Source: Verrucomicrobiia bacterium (lineage in GTDB: Bacteria; Verrucomicrobiota; Verrucomicrobiia; Limisphaerales; DASXHY01). Taken from it: 34,034 bases of DNA. Below are positions 1 through 8,748 of this stretch, one piece after another. Where the stretch lies: assembly GCA_035701135.1 (NCBI GenBank), contig DASSNZ010000412.1:1-34034 (forward strand), written 5' to 3'. Made by a program: the position numbers and the translations under genes. Below the pieces are notes generated by a model, which worked only from the letters and a program-made list of their open reading frames with translations, made no database searches and was not told the origin of the DNA. Numbering within the stretch: position 1 is the stretch's first letter; the number at the start of each line of letters is the position of its first letter.

Positions 1-1
1 G

Positions 2-631
2 ATCGCCTTTATCGCGCGATTTACGGTCGTTCCCTATTTTTTGGAATATGATGTGCATCGCAAAGACCTGACATCGCTGGCTTACAGTCTCGATTTCATT
101 TCGCTGGCGACGGCGTTTTTGCTGCCGTGGTTTTGCAAATGGTTTTCCAAAACGGCGGCGTGGGGCTGGGGATTGGCGGCGATGATTGTCGGGCAATTGG
201 TTTTGTATTTCGGCATCGCCAACGGAAATTCCGTTCCGATCATCATGGCCGGTTGGATCATCGGATTTCTCGGCAGCGGCATGGCGATGGCCGTGCCGTT
301 CGCGATTCTTTCGGACAGCGTGGATTACGGCGAATGGAAAACGGGCATTCGCGCGGCGGGTTTGTTGACAGCGGTGGGCGCCGCATTTTGCCTGAAAGCG
401 GGAGCGGGTCTGGGCGCGGCGATTCCGCTGTGGATTATGGGATTGAGCGGCTATAAAGCCAACGTTGCGCAAACGCCCGCGGCATTGAAGGCAATTGAAT
501 TCGGCATCGTCTGGCTCCCGGCAATCTGTCTGGCGCTGGCTCTGTTGCCGGTTTTATTTTATCGCCGCTTCGAACGCATGGAACCGCAGATTCACGCCGA
601 ATTGGACGCGCGCCGCGCTGCGGCTGTTTGA
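2..631 (+). CDS. MFS glycoside-pentoside-hexuronide (GPH) family sugar:cation symporter, C-terminal ~210 aa (5' end lies outside the window)
   Basis: The frame is open from nt 2, with no stop upstream of the listed TTG at 41. The product is TM-rich and carries the GPH-type loop LSDSVDYGEWKTGIRAAGL. TGA at 629-631. A GH31 gene follows, the same arrangement as E. coli yicJ-yicI. Confidence 0.75.
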   Translation: MAFIARFTVVPYFLEYDVHRKDLTSLAYSLDFISLATAFLLPWFCKWFSKTAAWGWGLAAMIVGQLVLYFGIANGNSVPIIMAGWIIGFLGSGMAMAVPFAILSDSVDYGEWKTGIRAAGLLTAVGAAFCLKAGAGLGAAIPLWIMGLSGYKANVAQTPAALKAIEFGIVWLPAICLALALLPVLFYRRFERMEPQIHAELDARRAAAV

Positions 632-681
632 TGAGATGAAATATGTCGGTCATAGATTTTGGAGGCGTCCGCATAATTCTT

Positions 682-791
682 CCTCTCCGCTACGAAGTGG
701 GGGAGAGGGTTGGGGTGATGTGGCGCATTTAACAAATTCGAAATCAAAAACCCCTCCCCCTGTCCCTCTCCCCGTTTGAGCGGGGAGAGGG
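682..791. repeat. REP-like composite element with two G/C-rich hairpins between the transporter and the GH31 gene
   Basis: CCTCTCC (682-688) pairs with GGAGAGG (702-708). A perfect 11 bp stem CCCTCTCCCCG (764-774) pairs with CGGGGAGAGGG (781-791) around a 6 nt loop. The GGGGAGAGGGTTGGGGTGA block (~699-718) is also an imperfect inverted copy of ~750-773. Confidence 0.6.
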
Positions 792-814
792 GAACAACTA
801 TTGTCCTGACTAAA

Positions 815-3277
815 ATGTTCTCGCTCGAAAGCAAAACGGATGCGGTCGTGCTCGTTGACGGAAAGAAACGTTTGCGCGTCCGTTTTCCCACGGAAGCCAT
901 TGTGCGAATCACGCTCACCGAAGAAAAAGAATCTTCGACGAAGCCGAGTCTAATCGTTACGGCGACTTCAAAATTTACTGAATTCAAAATTCAGGAGACG
1001 GGAAATGTATTCGAGATTTCCACGCCTGCGCTGAAGCTCGTCATCAGCAAAACCACCGGCGCGATTTCATATTTCGATTCCGCCGGCAAATTACTTTTGC
1101 GCGAGCCGGAACGCGGCGGCAAATCGCTCAAGACAAAAAAGATTTTCCGCAACGTTTTCAAATCCGGCGCGCAAATCGCCGCTGGACAAAGCATTGATGG
1201 CGCGCGCGTGGCGGCAACGGAATTTGAAACCGTTTTTGACCGCGACGCATTTGAAGCGAATCTGGAATTTCAATTTGCTGCCGACGAAGCGATTTTCGGC
1301 CTCGGCTCGCACGAAGAAGGCTACGGCAATTTGCGCGGCAAATCGCGCGAACTCTATCAGCAAAACATGAAAATCGTCGTGCCGTATTTCGTTTCGACGC
1401 GCGGCTACGGCGTGCTGCTCGATTGCGGTTCGCTCATGACTTTTCGCGATGATGCGGGCGGCGCGTGTTGGTGGGCGGATGTTGTGGATGAATTGGATTT
1501 TTATTTCATCGTCGGCGGCTCATTTGATTCCGTTACAAAAAACCTCCATGCGTTGACCGGCCAAACGCCGATGCTTCCGAAGTGGGCGTTTGGCTACGTG
1601 CAATCCAAAGAACGCTACGTCAATGCGCGTGAACTGGTCGAAGTCGTCCGCGAATATCGTCGCCGCAAAATTCCGCTCGATTGCATCGTCCTCGACTGGA
1701 AATCCTGGCCGAATGGAGCAGGGTGGGGGCAGAAAAATTTTGATCCGGCGCGTTTTCCAAATCCGAAAGCGTTGACGGACGAATTGCATTCGCTCGGCGC
1801 AAAACTGATGGTTTCCATCTGGCCGATCATGACCGGCGATTGTCCGAATCAACGCGAGTTGCAGGAACGCGGATTGATGTTGGGCAACCAATCCACTTAC
1901 AACGCATTTCTGCCCGAAGCCCGCGAAATTTATTGGAAGCAGGCCGAGCGCGGACTTTTCGCAAATGGAATTGACGCATGGTGGTGCGATTGCACGGAAC
2001 CATTCGAAGCCGATTGGTCGGGCGAAACCAAACCCGATTCGCAACCGCGTATGGGATTGAACACGGGCGCGGCGAAGAAATATCTCGATGCGGCGCAAAC
2101 GAACATTTATTCGCTGCTGCATTCGCAAGGAATTTACGAAGGCCAGCGTCGCACCACGAATTCCAAACGCGTCGTCAATCTCACGCGCTCGGGCTATGCG
2201 GGACAGCATCGTTACGCGACGATTTGTTGGAACGGCGACATTTGCGCGACATGGGAAACGTTGCGCCGCTGCATTCCCGAAGGAATCAATTTTTGCGCGA
2301 CCGGCGAGCCATTCTGGACCGTGGACATTGGTGGGTTTTTCATCAACAACGATCCGAAACTTTGGTTCTGGCGCGGCGATTATTCGGACGGTTGTCGCGG
2401 ATTGACGGACATGAATGCGCAGGAGCCGGACCCGAAGGACACCGGTTGTCGCGATTTAGGTTTTCACGAACTTTACACGCGCTGGGTTCAATACGGCGCG
2501 TTTCTGCCGATGTTCCGTTCGCACGGCACGGATGCCGCGCGCGAAATCTGGCGTTTCGGCGATGAAGGAAATCCGTTTTACGACACCATCGCGAAATACA
2601 TTCGCCTGCGCTACCAACTGATTTCCTACATTTATTCGCTCGCCGCGCAGGTCACGCAGACCGGCCGCGCAATGCTTCGCGCGGTTGCGTTGGATTTTCC
2701 AAACGACATTGCGACGCACAATCTGACGGATGAATTTCTTTTTGGCCCGGCGTTGCTCGTTTGTCCGGTGACAACGCCGATGTATTTTGAAAAAAATTCC
2801 AAGCCAATTGCCGGTTCAAAAAAAAGCCGCGAAGTTTATCTGCCGGCGGGAACGAAATGGTTCGATTTTTGGACGAATCAAATTTTCGACGGCGGCCAAA
2901 CCATTTCTGCCGATGCGCCGCTGGAAAAAATTCCGCTGTTTGTTCGCGCCGGTTCCATTCTGCCCATGAGCGAGCCGACGCAATTCGTGGATGAAATTCC
3001 GAACGCGCCATACGAAATCCGAATTTACCCCGGCGCGGACGGCGCGTTCACTCTTTATGAAGATTCCGGCGACGGCTACGGCTACGAGCGAGGCGAATTT
3101 GCGCTCGTGAAATTTTCCTGGGACGAAGCGCGCCGCGAATTGACGATTGGAGCGCGCGAGGGAAATTTTCCCGGGCTGGTCCAAAACCGGGAATATCGTT
3201 TGATTTTTATTTCCGATGCCGGCGTAAAAACAAAGGCGATAAATTACACGGGTGTGGAACTGAAAATTTTAATCTGA
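815..3277 (+). CDS. Glycoside hydrolase family 31 (alpha-xylosidase / alpha-glucosidase type), no signal peptide, predicted cytoplasmic
   Basis: 833 aa ORF with GH31-like blocks KWAFGYVQSKERY, IPLDCIVLDWKSW, GIDAWWCDCTEPFE and YGAFLPMFRSHG. The ATG at 815 (MFSLESK) is preferred over the TTG at 776, which sits inside the hairpin. The start is uncertain by ~40 nt. Confidence 0.85.
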   Translation: MFSLESKTDAVVLVDGKKRLRVRFPTEAIVRITLTEEKESSTKPSLIVTATSKFTEFKIQETGNVFEISTPALKLVISKTTGAISYFDSAGKLLLREPERGGKSLKTKKIFRNVFKSGAQIAAGQSIDGARVAATEFETVFDRDAFEANLEFQFAADEAIFGLGSHEEGYGNLRGKSRELYQQNMKIVVPYFVSTRGYGVLLDCGSLMTFRDDAGGACWWADVVDELDFYFIVGGSFDSVTKNLHALTGQTPMLPKWAFGYVQSKERYVNARELVEVVREYRRRKIPLDCIVLDWKSWPNGAGWGQKNFDPARFPNPKALTDELHSLGAKLMVSIWPIMTGDCPNQRELQERGLMLGNQSTYNAFLPEAREIYWKQAERGLFANGIDAWWCDCTEPFEADWSGETKPDSQPRMGLNTGAAKKYLDAAQTNIYSLLHSQGIYEGQRRTTNSKRVVNLTRSGYAGQHRYATICWNGDICATWETLRRCIPEGINFCATGEPFWTVDIGGFFINNDPKLWFWRGDYSDGCRGLTDMNAQEPDPKDTGCRDLGFHELYTRWVQYGAFLPMFRSHGTDAAREIWRFGDEGNPFYDTIAKYIRLRYQLISYIYSLAAQVTQTGRAMLRAVALDFPNDIATHNLTDEFLFGPALLVCPVTTPMYFEKNSKPIAGSKKSREVYLPAGTKWFDFWTNQIFDGGQTISADAPLEKIPLFVRAGSILPMSEPTQFVDEIPNAPYEIRIYPGADGAFTLYEDSGDGYGYERGEFALVKFSWDEARRELTIGAREGNFPGLVQNREYRLIFISDAGVKTKAINYTGVELKILI

Positions 3278-3312
3278 GCGCGGATTGTGATGCTGGTGAA
3301 TTCAGCGGTTTG

Positions 3313-4020
3313 TTACTGCTTTTTGGAGCGATGCACGAAGTTGCTGTAGAGTTTGTGCCATTCGAGTTCGCCGATATAAGCCTGCACTTTCAGTTTGTGA
3401 CATTTGTAAAGATTGACGATTTCGCGGTCGTAATCGGTTAGCATTGCGTCTTCACGCGCGCCCAGCAGTTCGTCGTAGATCACCTTCTTCTGCGCTTCTG
3501 TGAGGTCCGGGACCATTTGAAGATAGACATTGTAAGTGCGCGTCATGCCGGGGCTGTGGCTCCAGGATTCTTTGATGGCATCAATCTGTTCCGGCGTCAG
3601 CTCGGCGGCCAGCTTGTTGGTAAACGAGATGTATGCGGGCCGGAGCGACGCGTAAACGTCCTTGATTTTTTGAGCCACAACCTCGCCGGGGAATTCATCG
3701 TTCGGTGAAGCGGATCGGGCCTTGCTCCACTGCGACCAAAGTTCGTTCAATTTCGAGTCGTTCTGCTGATGCCAATTCCACATGGTCACGAGCCATTCGC
3801 CCATGATGGCTTTGACTCGCGCGGCTTTCGCGGAATCGTCCAGTTTAATTGCGCCGAGCAGGCGATCCGCCTTGGCGTTAATCCGTTTTTGGGTGGCCTG
3901 ATCTTCGGCGGAAATTTCCCTGGCGCTTTTGGCCGGAACGGCGTCGGCGGCTCGAACGTTGAATGAACCGCACGCCAGCATCAGGAACGAAATCAATGTG
4001 AGTCGTTGAATGTGTTTCAT
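3313..4020 (-). CDS. Secreted DUF3826-like protein (all-helical, unknown function, typically found in pectin/glycan loci)
   Basis: Signal peptide MKHIQRLTLISFLMLACGSFNVRA. The segment LTPEQIDAIKESW...YNVYLQMVPDLTEAQKKVIYDELLGAREDAM matches my recollection of the DUF3826 pattern. The ATG at 4020 lies 11 nt after the upstream stop. An alternative ATG at 4044 would overlap the upstream gene. Confidence 0.55.
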   Translation of the reverse strand: MKHIQRLTLISFLMLACGSFNVRAADAVPAKSAREISAEDQATQKRINAKADRLLGAIKLDDSAKAARVKAIMGEWLVTMWNWHQQNDSKLNELWSQWSKARSASPNDEFPGEVVAQKIKDVYASLRPAYISFTNKLAAELTPEQIDAIKESWSHSPGMTRTYNVYLQMVPDLTEAQKKVIYDELLGAREDAMLTDYDREIVNLYKCHKLKVQAYIGELEWHKLYSNFVHRSKKQ

Positions 4021-4031
4021 AAAATATCTTT

Positions 4032-5168
4032 TTACTCCGGCCATTGGCCATTCAGGATGGGACGCAATTTTAATTTTGCCGGGTCAATGACGACGTGCCT
4101 GATGCGTTTGCGTTCCCAGGTGTAGGTGATGTGAACCAATCCATCGCGTGTCTGAATCACCGCCGGATACGAGAAACCGCTTGGCGCATTCGGATCATTT
4201 TCAAGCACCAGCGCGGCAAGCCAGTTCGTGCCATCGTTTGAAATGGCGACGTTCAGCGGACTGCGGCCTTTGTTGTGACTTCCGGTGCGGATGTTGTGGT
4301 TGTAAACCAGAAGCTGTCTTCCATCGCGCAACGTCACGGCGTCAATGCCGGAATTTGGATTCGGCAAATCGGTCAAAGTCATCCTGCTCCAGGTTTTTCC
4401 GCCGTCCCGTGAAAAAATCTGGAAAATCTTTTCTTCTTTTGTGCGGCCGAGCGATTGCAGGGTTCCATCCGCGTGAAACAGGATTGTCGGTTGAATCGCT
4501 CCAATTTCGTCTGGATCATTCACCGGCGGAGTGGCGGACCAGGTTTTTCCGAAATCACTCGTGCGTTCGAAATGCACCCGCCAGCCGTGGTCTTCCGTGC
4601 TGCTGCCGCAAAGAATATCGCCGTCCGGCAGTTGCACCGGCTTGTCCTTGATCGGGCCGAGAATGCCATCGGGCAGGCGCGCGGGCTTTGACCAGGTTTT
4701 TCCTTCATCTTTCGATGTGGTCATCATGCCCCACCAGGCGGATGGTTTCGGGCCGACTTTGTAGAACAGCAACAACGGTCCGTTTTTCGGTTGAAACAGA
4801 ACCGGATTCCAGCAGGGAAAACGATTTGTGGCGAAACCAACTCCATCGGCGACTTTCATCGGCGGCGTCCATGTTCCGTTTTCATTTCGCGAAACATAAA
4901 TGCACACGTCGGGATTGCGTTCCGCCGTGCCGCCGAACCAGGCGGCGACCAGACCGGATTTGGTTTCGCCAATCGTCGAAGCGTGACAGGACGGAAACGG
5001 CGCGGTCAGATAAATGAATTCGGATTTTACAATAGCGGGGGATTCCGCGGCGGAAGCGCAGCCGGTTGAAGCGGCAATCGCCAGGATGAACAGGGCGGCA
5101 AAAGTCCAAATCAGCCCGCCTAAAAACTGACGTGCAGGCCGGAAAACCCGCGATAAAATCCCGAGCAT
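4032..5168 (-). CDS. BNR/Asp-box beta-propeller protein, exo-alpha-sialidase (GH33-like) superfamily, secreted or lipoprotein
   Basis: Three canonical Asp-boxes: SKDEGKTW, TSDFGKTW and SRDGGKTW. Predicted-neuraminidase-type N-terminal block FPSCHASTIGETKSGLVAAWFGGTAERNPDV. The start is taken at ATG 5168 (MLGILSRV...AIAASTGCASA, a signal peptide with a possible lipobox). The ORF-track extension to 5369 runs through an intergenic repeat. Confidence 0.75.
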   Translation of the reverse strand: MLGILSRVFRPARQFLGGLIWTFAALFILAIAASTGCASAAESPAIVKSEFIYLTAPFPSCHASTIGETKSGLVAAWFGGTAERNPDVCIYVSRNENGTWTPPMKVADGVGFATNRFPCWNPVLFQPKNGPLLLFYKVGPKPSAWWGMMTTSKDEGKTWSKPARLPDGILGPIKDKPVQLPDGDILCGSSTEDHGWRVHFERTSDFGKTWSATPPVNDPDEIGAIQPTILFHADGTLQSLGRTKEEKIFQIFSRDGGKTWSRMTLTDLPNPNSGIDAVTLRDGRQLLVYNHNIRTGSHNKGRSPLNVAISNDGTNWLAALVLENDPNAPSGFSYPAVIQTRDGLVHITYTWERKRIRHVVIDPAKLKLRPILNGQWPE

Positions 5169-5188
5169 CCAGGCCGCGATCAAAAGCG

Positions 5189-5294
5189 AAAAATTTCCAA
5201 CGCAGAGACGCAGAGAGCGCTGAGAGATGCAGATGCAAAAAAACTTTTTCTTTGCGAACCTCCGCAGCCTCTGCCTCTCTGCGTTGAAAAATTT
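5189..5294. repeat. Long imperfect inverted repeat (REP/MITE-like) in the GH78-to-sialidase intergenic region
   Basis: The left arm is AAAAATTTCCAACGCAGAGACGCAGAG (5189-5215). The right arm read on the opposite strand is AAATTTTTCAACGCAGAGAGGCAGAG (5269-5294). The 18 nt cores 5198-5215 and 5269-5286 differ at one position. The interior holds short GCAGAG / GATGCA repeats around an A7/T5 centre. Confidence 0.7.
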
Positions 5295-5365
5295 GTCCGG
5301 CTCGCGACGATTTTCGGAGATATTAACGGACTGTGAAATCTGCGTTGTATTGAGAATGTTCGATT

Positions 5366-8300
5366 TCATTTGCTCACGAAATGGTATTTCCCGCTGCCGA
5401 GTTCGAAAATCGCGCGGCCATTTTCAAAACGCGCCGGTTTCGCGTCTTTCACGGACACACTTTCCGCATTTTTTGCCGGAACGTAAACGGTCGCGGTGGT
5501 GTTGGCGGGAATTTCGATTTTCCAATCAAAGCCGGAATTCGGCGCCGCGGAATTTTCTTTGCGATGCCATTCGCTCGAAATTTTTCCGTAAGGCGATTGA
5601 TGCGTTGCCTTCACAAAAGTCAAATCGCCGACGGGCTCCGGTTTCATAATAATGTGCTTGAACGCGGGCGCGTTCGGATCGGATTTGATTCCGGCGAGGT
5701 CCTCGTCAAGCCAGACCACGAGATCGCCGACGAGCATGACGTGATTGCCGGAATTCATCGTCGGATCTGCGGTGTTGCCGTTCCATAATTCCCAGATTGT
5801 CGTCGCGCCGTTTTCAATCATGTAACCCCAGCCGGGATAGGTTTTCTTCGCGGCCATTTCATAAACCAGATCCGGCCTGCCATTATCGGTCAGCACCCGG
5901 CACAGATACTGCCCGCCGACCAGCCCGGTTCCGATGTGGCCGTGCGATTCGTTTTCGATTTTGTCCACGAGATGCTGGAAAATCCTCGCCTTGAATTCGT
6001 CCGGAACCAGGCCGAACGCCAGCGGCAAAACGCATGAGGTTTGCGTGCCGTTGCTGTATTGGCCGCGTTCCCGATCGAGGAATTTTTCGTTGAACGTGGC
6101 TTTTATTTTTTCCGCCTGCCGCTCGAATGTCCGCGCGTCGTCGGTCTTGCCTAACATTTTCGCGTAGCCCGCCATCAGGCGGTAATCATGATAAAAAAAG
6201 GAAGTTGCGAGCAGGGTTTTGTCCGTGATTCGATTCGTGTCGGTCGTGTGAATCAACGTCAATTTCTCCGGCGGCACGCACCAATCGCCGTAATTGTCGC
6301 GCGAAATGATTCCGTCCTTCATGAAGCCGCTCATAAAATCCATCCAGCGCTTCATCGTATCGTAATGGCGCGCAATTGTCCGGGTGTCGCCGAATTGTTC
6401 GCGAAGCATTTCGGGAATGACGATACTGCTGCTCGGCCACACGACGTTATCGGAATAAATCGGCCAGTACGTGGGCGCGACGTCCGGTTCGCTGCCGCTC
6501 GGGCGTTGCGCGTCGGCGATGTCCCGGAGCCATTTTGGATAGAGCCGCGAGGTGTCGAAAAGGAAGGTTTCGCCGCGCGATTCCTCGCAACGGTCCCCCA
6601 GCCAGCCCTGGCGCTCGTCGCGTTGCGGACAATCGGTCGGAATGCTGTGATAATTTCCGCGCACGCCCCAAACAATCGCGTGATAGATGCGATTGATCAG
6701 ATCGTTCGAGCATTCGAATTCGCCGGCGACCGGAAAGTCGCTGTTGACGACGCGGCCTTCGAGCGAACGGAGCGTTGGCCGCCGCGGAAAGCCGGTCACT
6801 TCCACATACCGAAATCCGTGCCAGGTAAAGCGCGGTTCCCAGATTTCCTTGCCGCCGCCTTTTAAAATATAAGTGTCCGTCGCGCGCGCGCCGCGGAGAT
6901 TTGCGACATACAAAGAGCCGTCAGGATTGAGCCTTTCCGCGTGACGCAATTCGATGCGCGTACCCGCCGGACCGGAAACGTGAAGCCGGCACCAGCCAAC
7001 CATATTCTGGCCCATGTCAAAAATGAAAACGCCGGGGCGAATTTCATTAATGGAAATTGGCTTGAGCGTCGCGGTGACGCGTTCCGGTTCCATCATTTCG
7101 GCGGAAAGGACGCCGTCGGGCGATTCCACCAATTCCGCGGGCCGCCATTTTGAATCGTCGAAACCGGCTCGGCTCCAACCCGGCATTTCTTTGCGCGCAT
7201 CGTACTGCTCGCCGTCGTAATCGTTGTTCGCGATAATGGGTCCATCGTCGGTCAATTTCCACGAACCGTCGCTGACGATTTCCGAAGTCGAGCCGTCCGA
7301 GCAGGTGATTTGCAGATTCAGCAGGAGTTTTGGAAAACCGAAATCCTCTGTTCCCGCGTACACTTTGCTGCGGTCGGCGAAATAACGTCCGTTCCCAAGA
7401 ATCACGCCAAGCGCATTTTCGCCGCGCCGGAGATTTTTTGTGACGTCATACGTGACATAAAACTGGCGCTTGTTGTATTGCGCGAAAGAAGGCGATAAAA
7501 CGCGGTCGCCGATTTTGCCGCCATTCACGTAAAGCTCCGACCAGCCGAGGCCGGAAAAAGAAATGGTTGCGCGTGAGATTTTCTTTTCGGCTGAAAATTC
7601 CGTTCGCAGATAGCGCGCGGGCAGAACGCGTGATTCGGATGAACGCACGTTGCCCCACGGCTCCATTCCGACCGGCCCGAGTTTTTGCGCATTGCTCCAG
7701 TTTGAATCGTCGAAATTGGTTTTCAGCCAGCCGTCCGTTTCGCGATCGGAAATTTTCCAATGCTCGTCCGTCGGAATCACCATTGGCGGAGCGTCCGCAA
7801 ATTCAATTTCCAGCAGGCCAACCACGCCCGCCGGTTTGTCGCCGTCGGGATGATAACCCGTCAAACCGAAAACATAAGTGTGCCCGGCTTCGAGCCGCGT
7901 GGTGATGTCATTGAACTTCACCGTCCGCGAACTTTTGCGCGCGCCGAGATCAAACTGATCGAGCCAGCCGCGGCATTCGTAATCGCCGGTGTATTGGAAT
8001 CGGGCGCGCGTGATGACGCGTCCGGCGGGAATCGTAATAACGCGCCGGAAATAATTTGTCGCCGGCGCGGCGGATTTTCCGGCAGAACTGCCGGACGACC
8101 AGATCCAGCTTGTGCGCGACAGGTAATTTGTTTCCATTTGCCCATCCAGGCCAATCCATTTCGCGCCGCCCCAATCGTTTGATGCGAGCAGTCCCATGCT
8201 CCAGAAGGCGGGTTGGCTCCAGGCGGAAGCGCGGTCGTTTTTGTCCCATACGCGGATTTTCCAAAAACACTCCGCGCGCGCCCTCAGGGGTTTTCCCGCG

Positions 8301-8593
8301 TAAGAAATCTGAATGGATTTTCCGGAAGCGACTTTGCCGCTGTCCCACAAATCGCCGCGATCTGCGGCAAGGATTTTTTCCGAACTTGCGACGAGAATTT
8401 GATACGCGGTTTGTTCCTCGTTCCGTTTTGTGGAATCAATCCTCCAGCTTAGACGTGGCCGGGCCGCGTCAATTCCAAGCGGATTCGCCAATCCTTCGCA
8501 GCGCAGGTGGGAAACGCCGGCGGCATGAAGAGATAATTGAGCGAAAAAAATCCAGGAAAGGCATCCTGTTAAAAACTTTTTCAAAGCGAGCAT
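5366..8593 (-). CDS. Glycoside hydrolase family 78 alpha-L-rhamnosidase, secreted
   Basis: 1075 aa with signal peptide MLALKKFLTGCLSWIFFAQLSLHAAG. The N-terminus is GH78-typical: LRCEGLANPLGIDAARPRLSWRI. Later six-hairpin-type blocks include TDCPQRDERQGWLGD and GATTIWELW. ATG at 8593. Confidence 0.85.
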   Translation of the reverse strand: MLALKKFLTGCLSWIFFAQLSLHAAGVSHLRCEGLANPLGIDAARPRLSWRIDSTKRNEEQTAYQILVASSEKILAADRGDLWDSGKVASGKSIQISYAGKPLRARAECFWKIRVWDKNDRASAWSQPAFWSMGLLASNDWGGAKWIGLDGQMETNYLSRTSWIWSSGSSAGKSAAPATNYFRRVITIPAGRVITRARFQYTGDYECRGWLDQFDLGARKSSRTVKFNDITTRLEAGHTYVFGLTGYHPDGDKPAGVVGLLEIEFADAPPMVIPTDEHWKISDRETDGWLKTNFDDSNWSNAQKLGPVGMEPWGNVRSSESRVLPARYLRTEFSAEKKISRATISFSGLGWSELYVNGGKIGDRVLSPSFAQYNKRQFYVTYDVTKNLRRGENALGVILGNGRYFADRSKVYAGTEDFGFPKLLLNLQITCSDGSTSEIVSDGSWKLTDDGPIIANNDYDGEQYDARKEMPGWSRAGFDDSKWRPAELVESPDGVLSAEMMEPERVTATLKPISINEIRPGVFIFDMGQNMVGWCRLHVSGPAGTRIELRHAERLNPDGSLYVANLRGARATDTYILKGGGKEIWEPRFTWHGFRYVEVTGFPRRPTLRSLEGRVVNSDFPVAGEFECSNDLINRIYHAIVWGVRGNYHSIPTDCPQRDERQGWLGDRCEESRGETFLFDTSRLYPKWLRDIADAQRPSGSEPDVAPTYWPIYSDNVVWPSSSIVIPEMLREQFGDTRTIARHYDTMKRWMDFMSGFMKDGIISRDNYGDWCVPPEKLTLIHTTDTNRITDKTLLATSFFYHDYRLMAGYAKMLGKTDDARTFERQAEKIKATFNEKFLDRERGQYSNGTQTSCVLPLAFGLVPDEFKARIFQHLVDKIENESHGHIGTGLVGGQYLCRVLTDNGRPDLVYEMAAKKTYPGWGYMIENGATTIWELWNGNTADPTMNSGNHVMLVGDLVVWLDEDLAGIKSDPNAPAFKHIIMKPEPVGDLTFVKATHQSPYGKISSEWHRKENSAAPNSGFDWKIEIPANTTATVYVPAKNAESVSVKDAKPARFENGRAIFELGSGKYHFVSK

Positions 8594-8748
8594 AGGATTC
8601 GGCGGATACGAAACTCAACTTAAGGAATTCACGCTCGAACTGGCGAGAAAGGAACGGAAAAAAATTGCCAATTGTTTTGTGCAAAGTGCCATGACGCGGA
8701 ACGGCTTTCGCAACGCGCGCTACTGTTTTTATGGCGGCGCGACGCCGA

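Noticed and set aside
3278-3312. I looked for a terminator between the convergent GH31 and DUF3826-like genes
   Set aside because: Only weak, mismatched pairing exists around the GAATTC centre. There is no convincing stem-loop or T-tract.
5169-5369. An N-terminal extension of the sialidase-like ORF (MKSNILNTTQ...CICISQRSLRLCV)
   Set aside because: It translates straight through the inverted-repeat element and overlaps the GH78 stop. A good signal peptide starts at the internal ATG at 5168.
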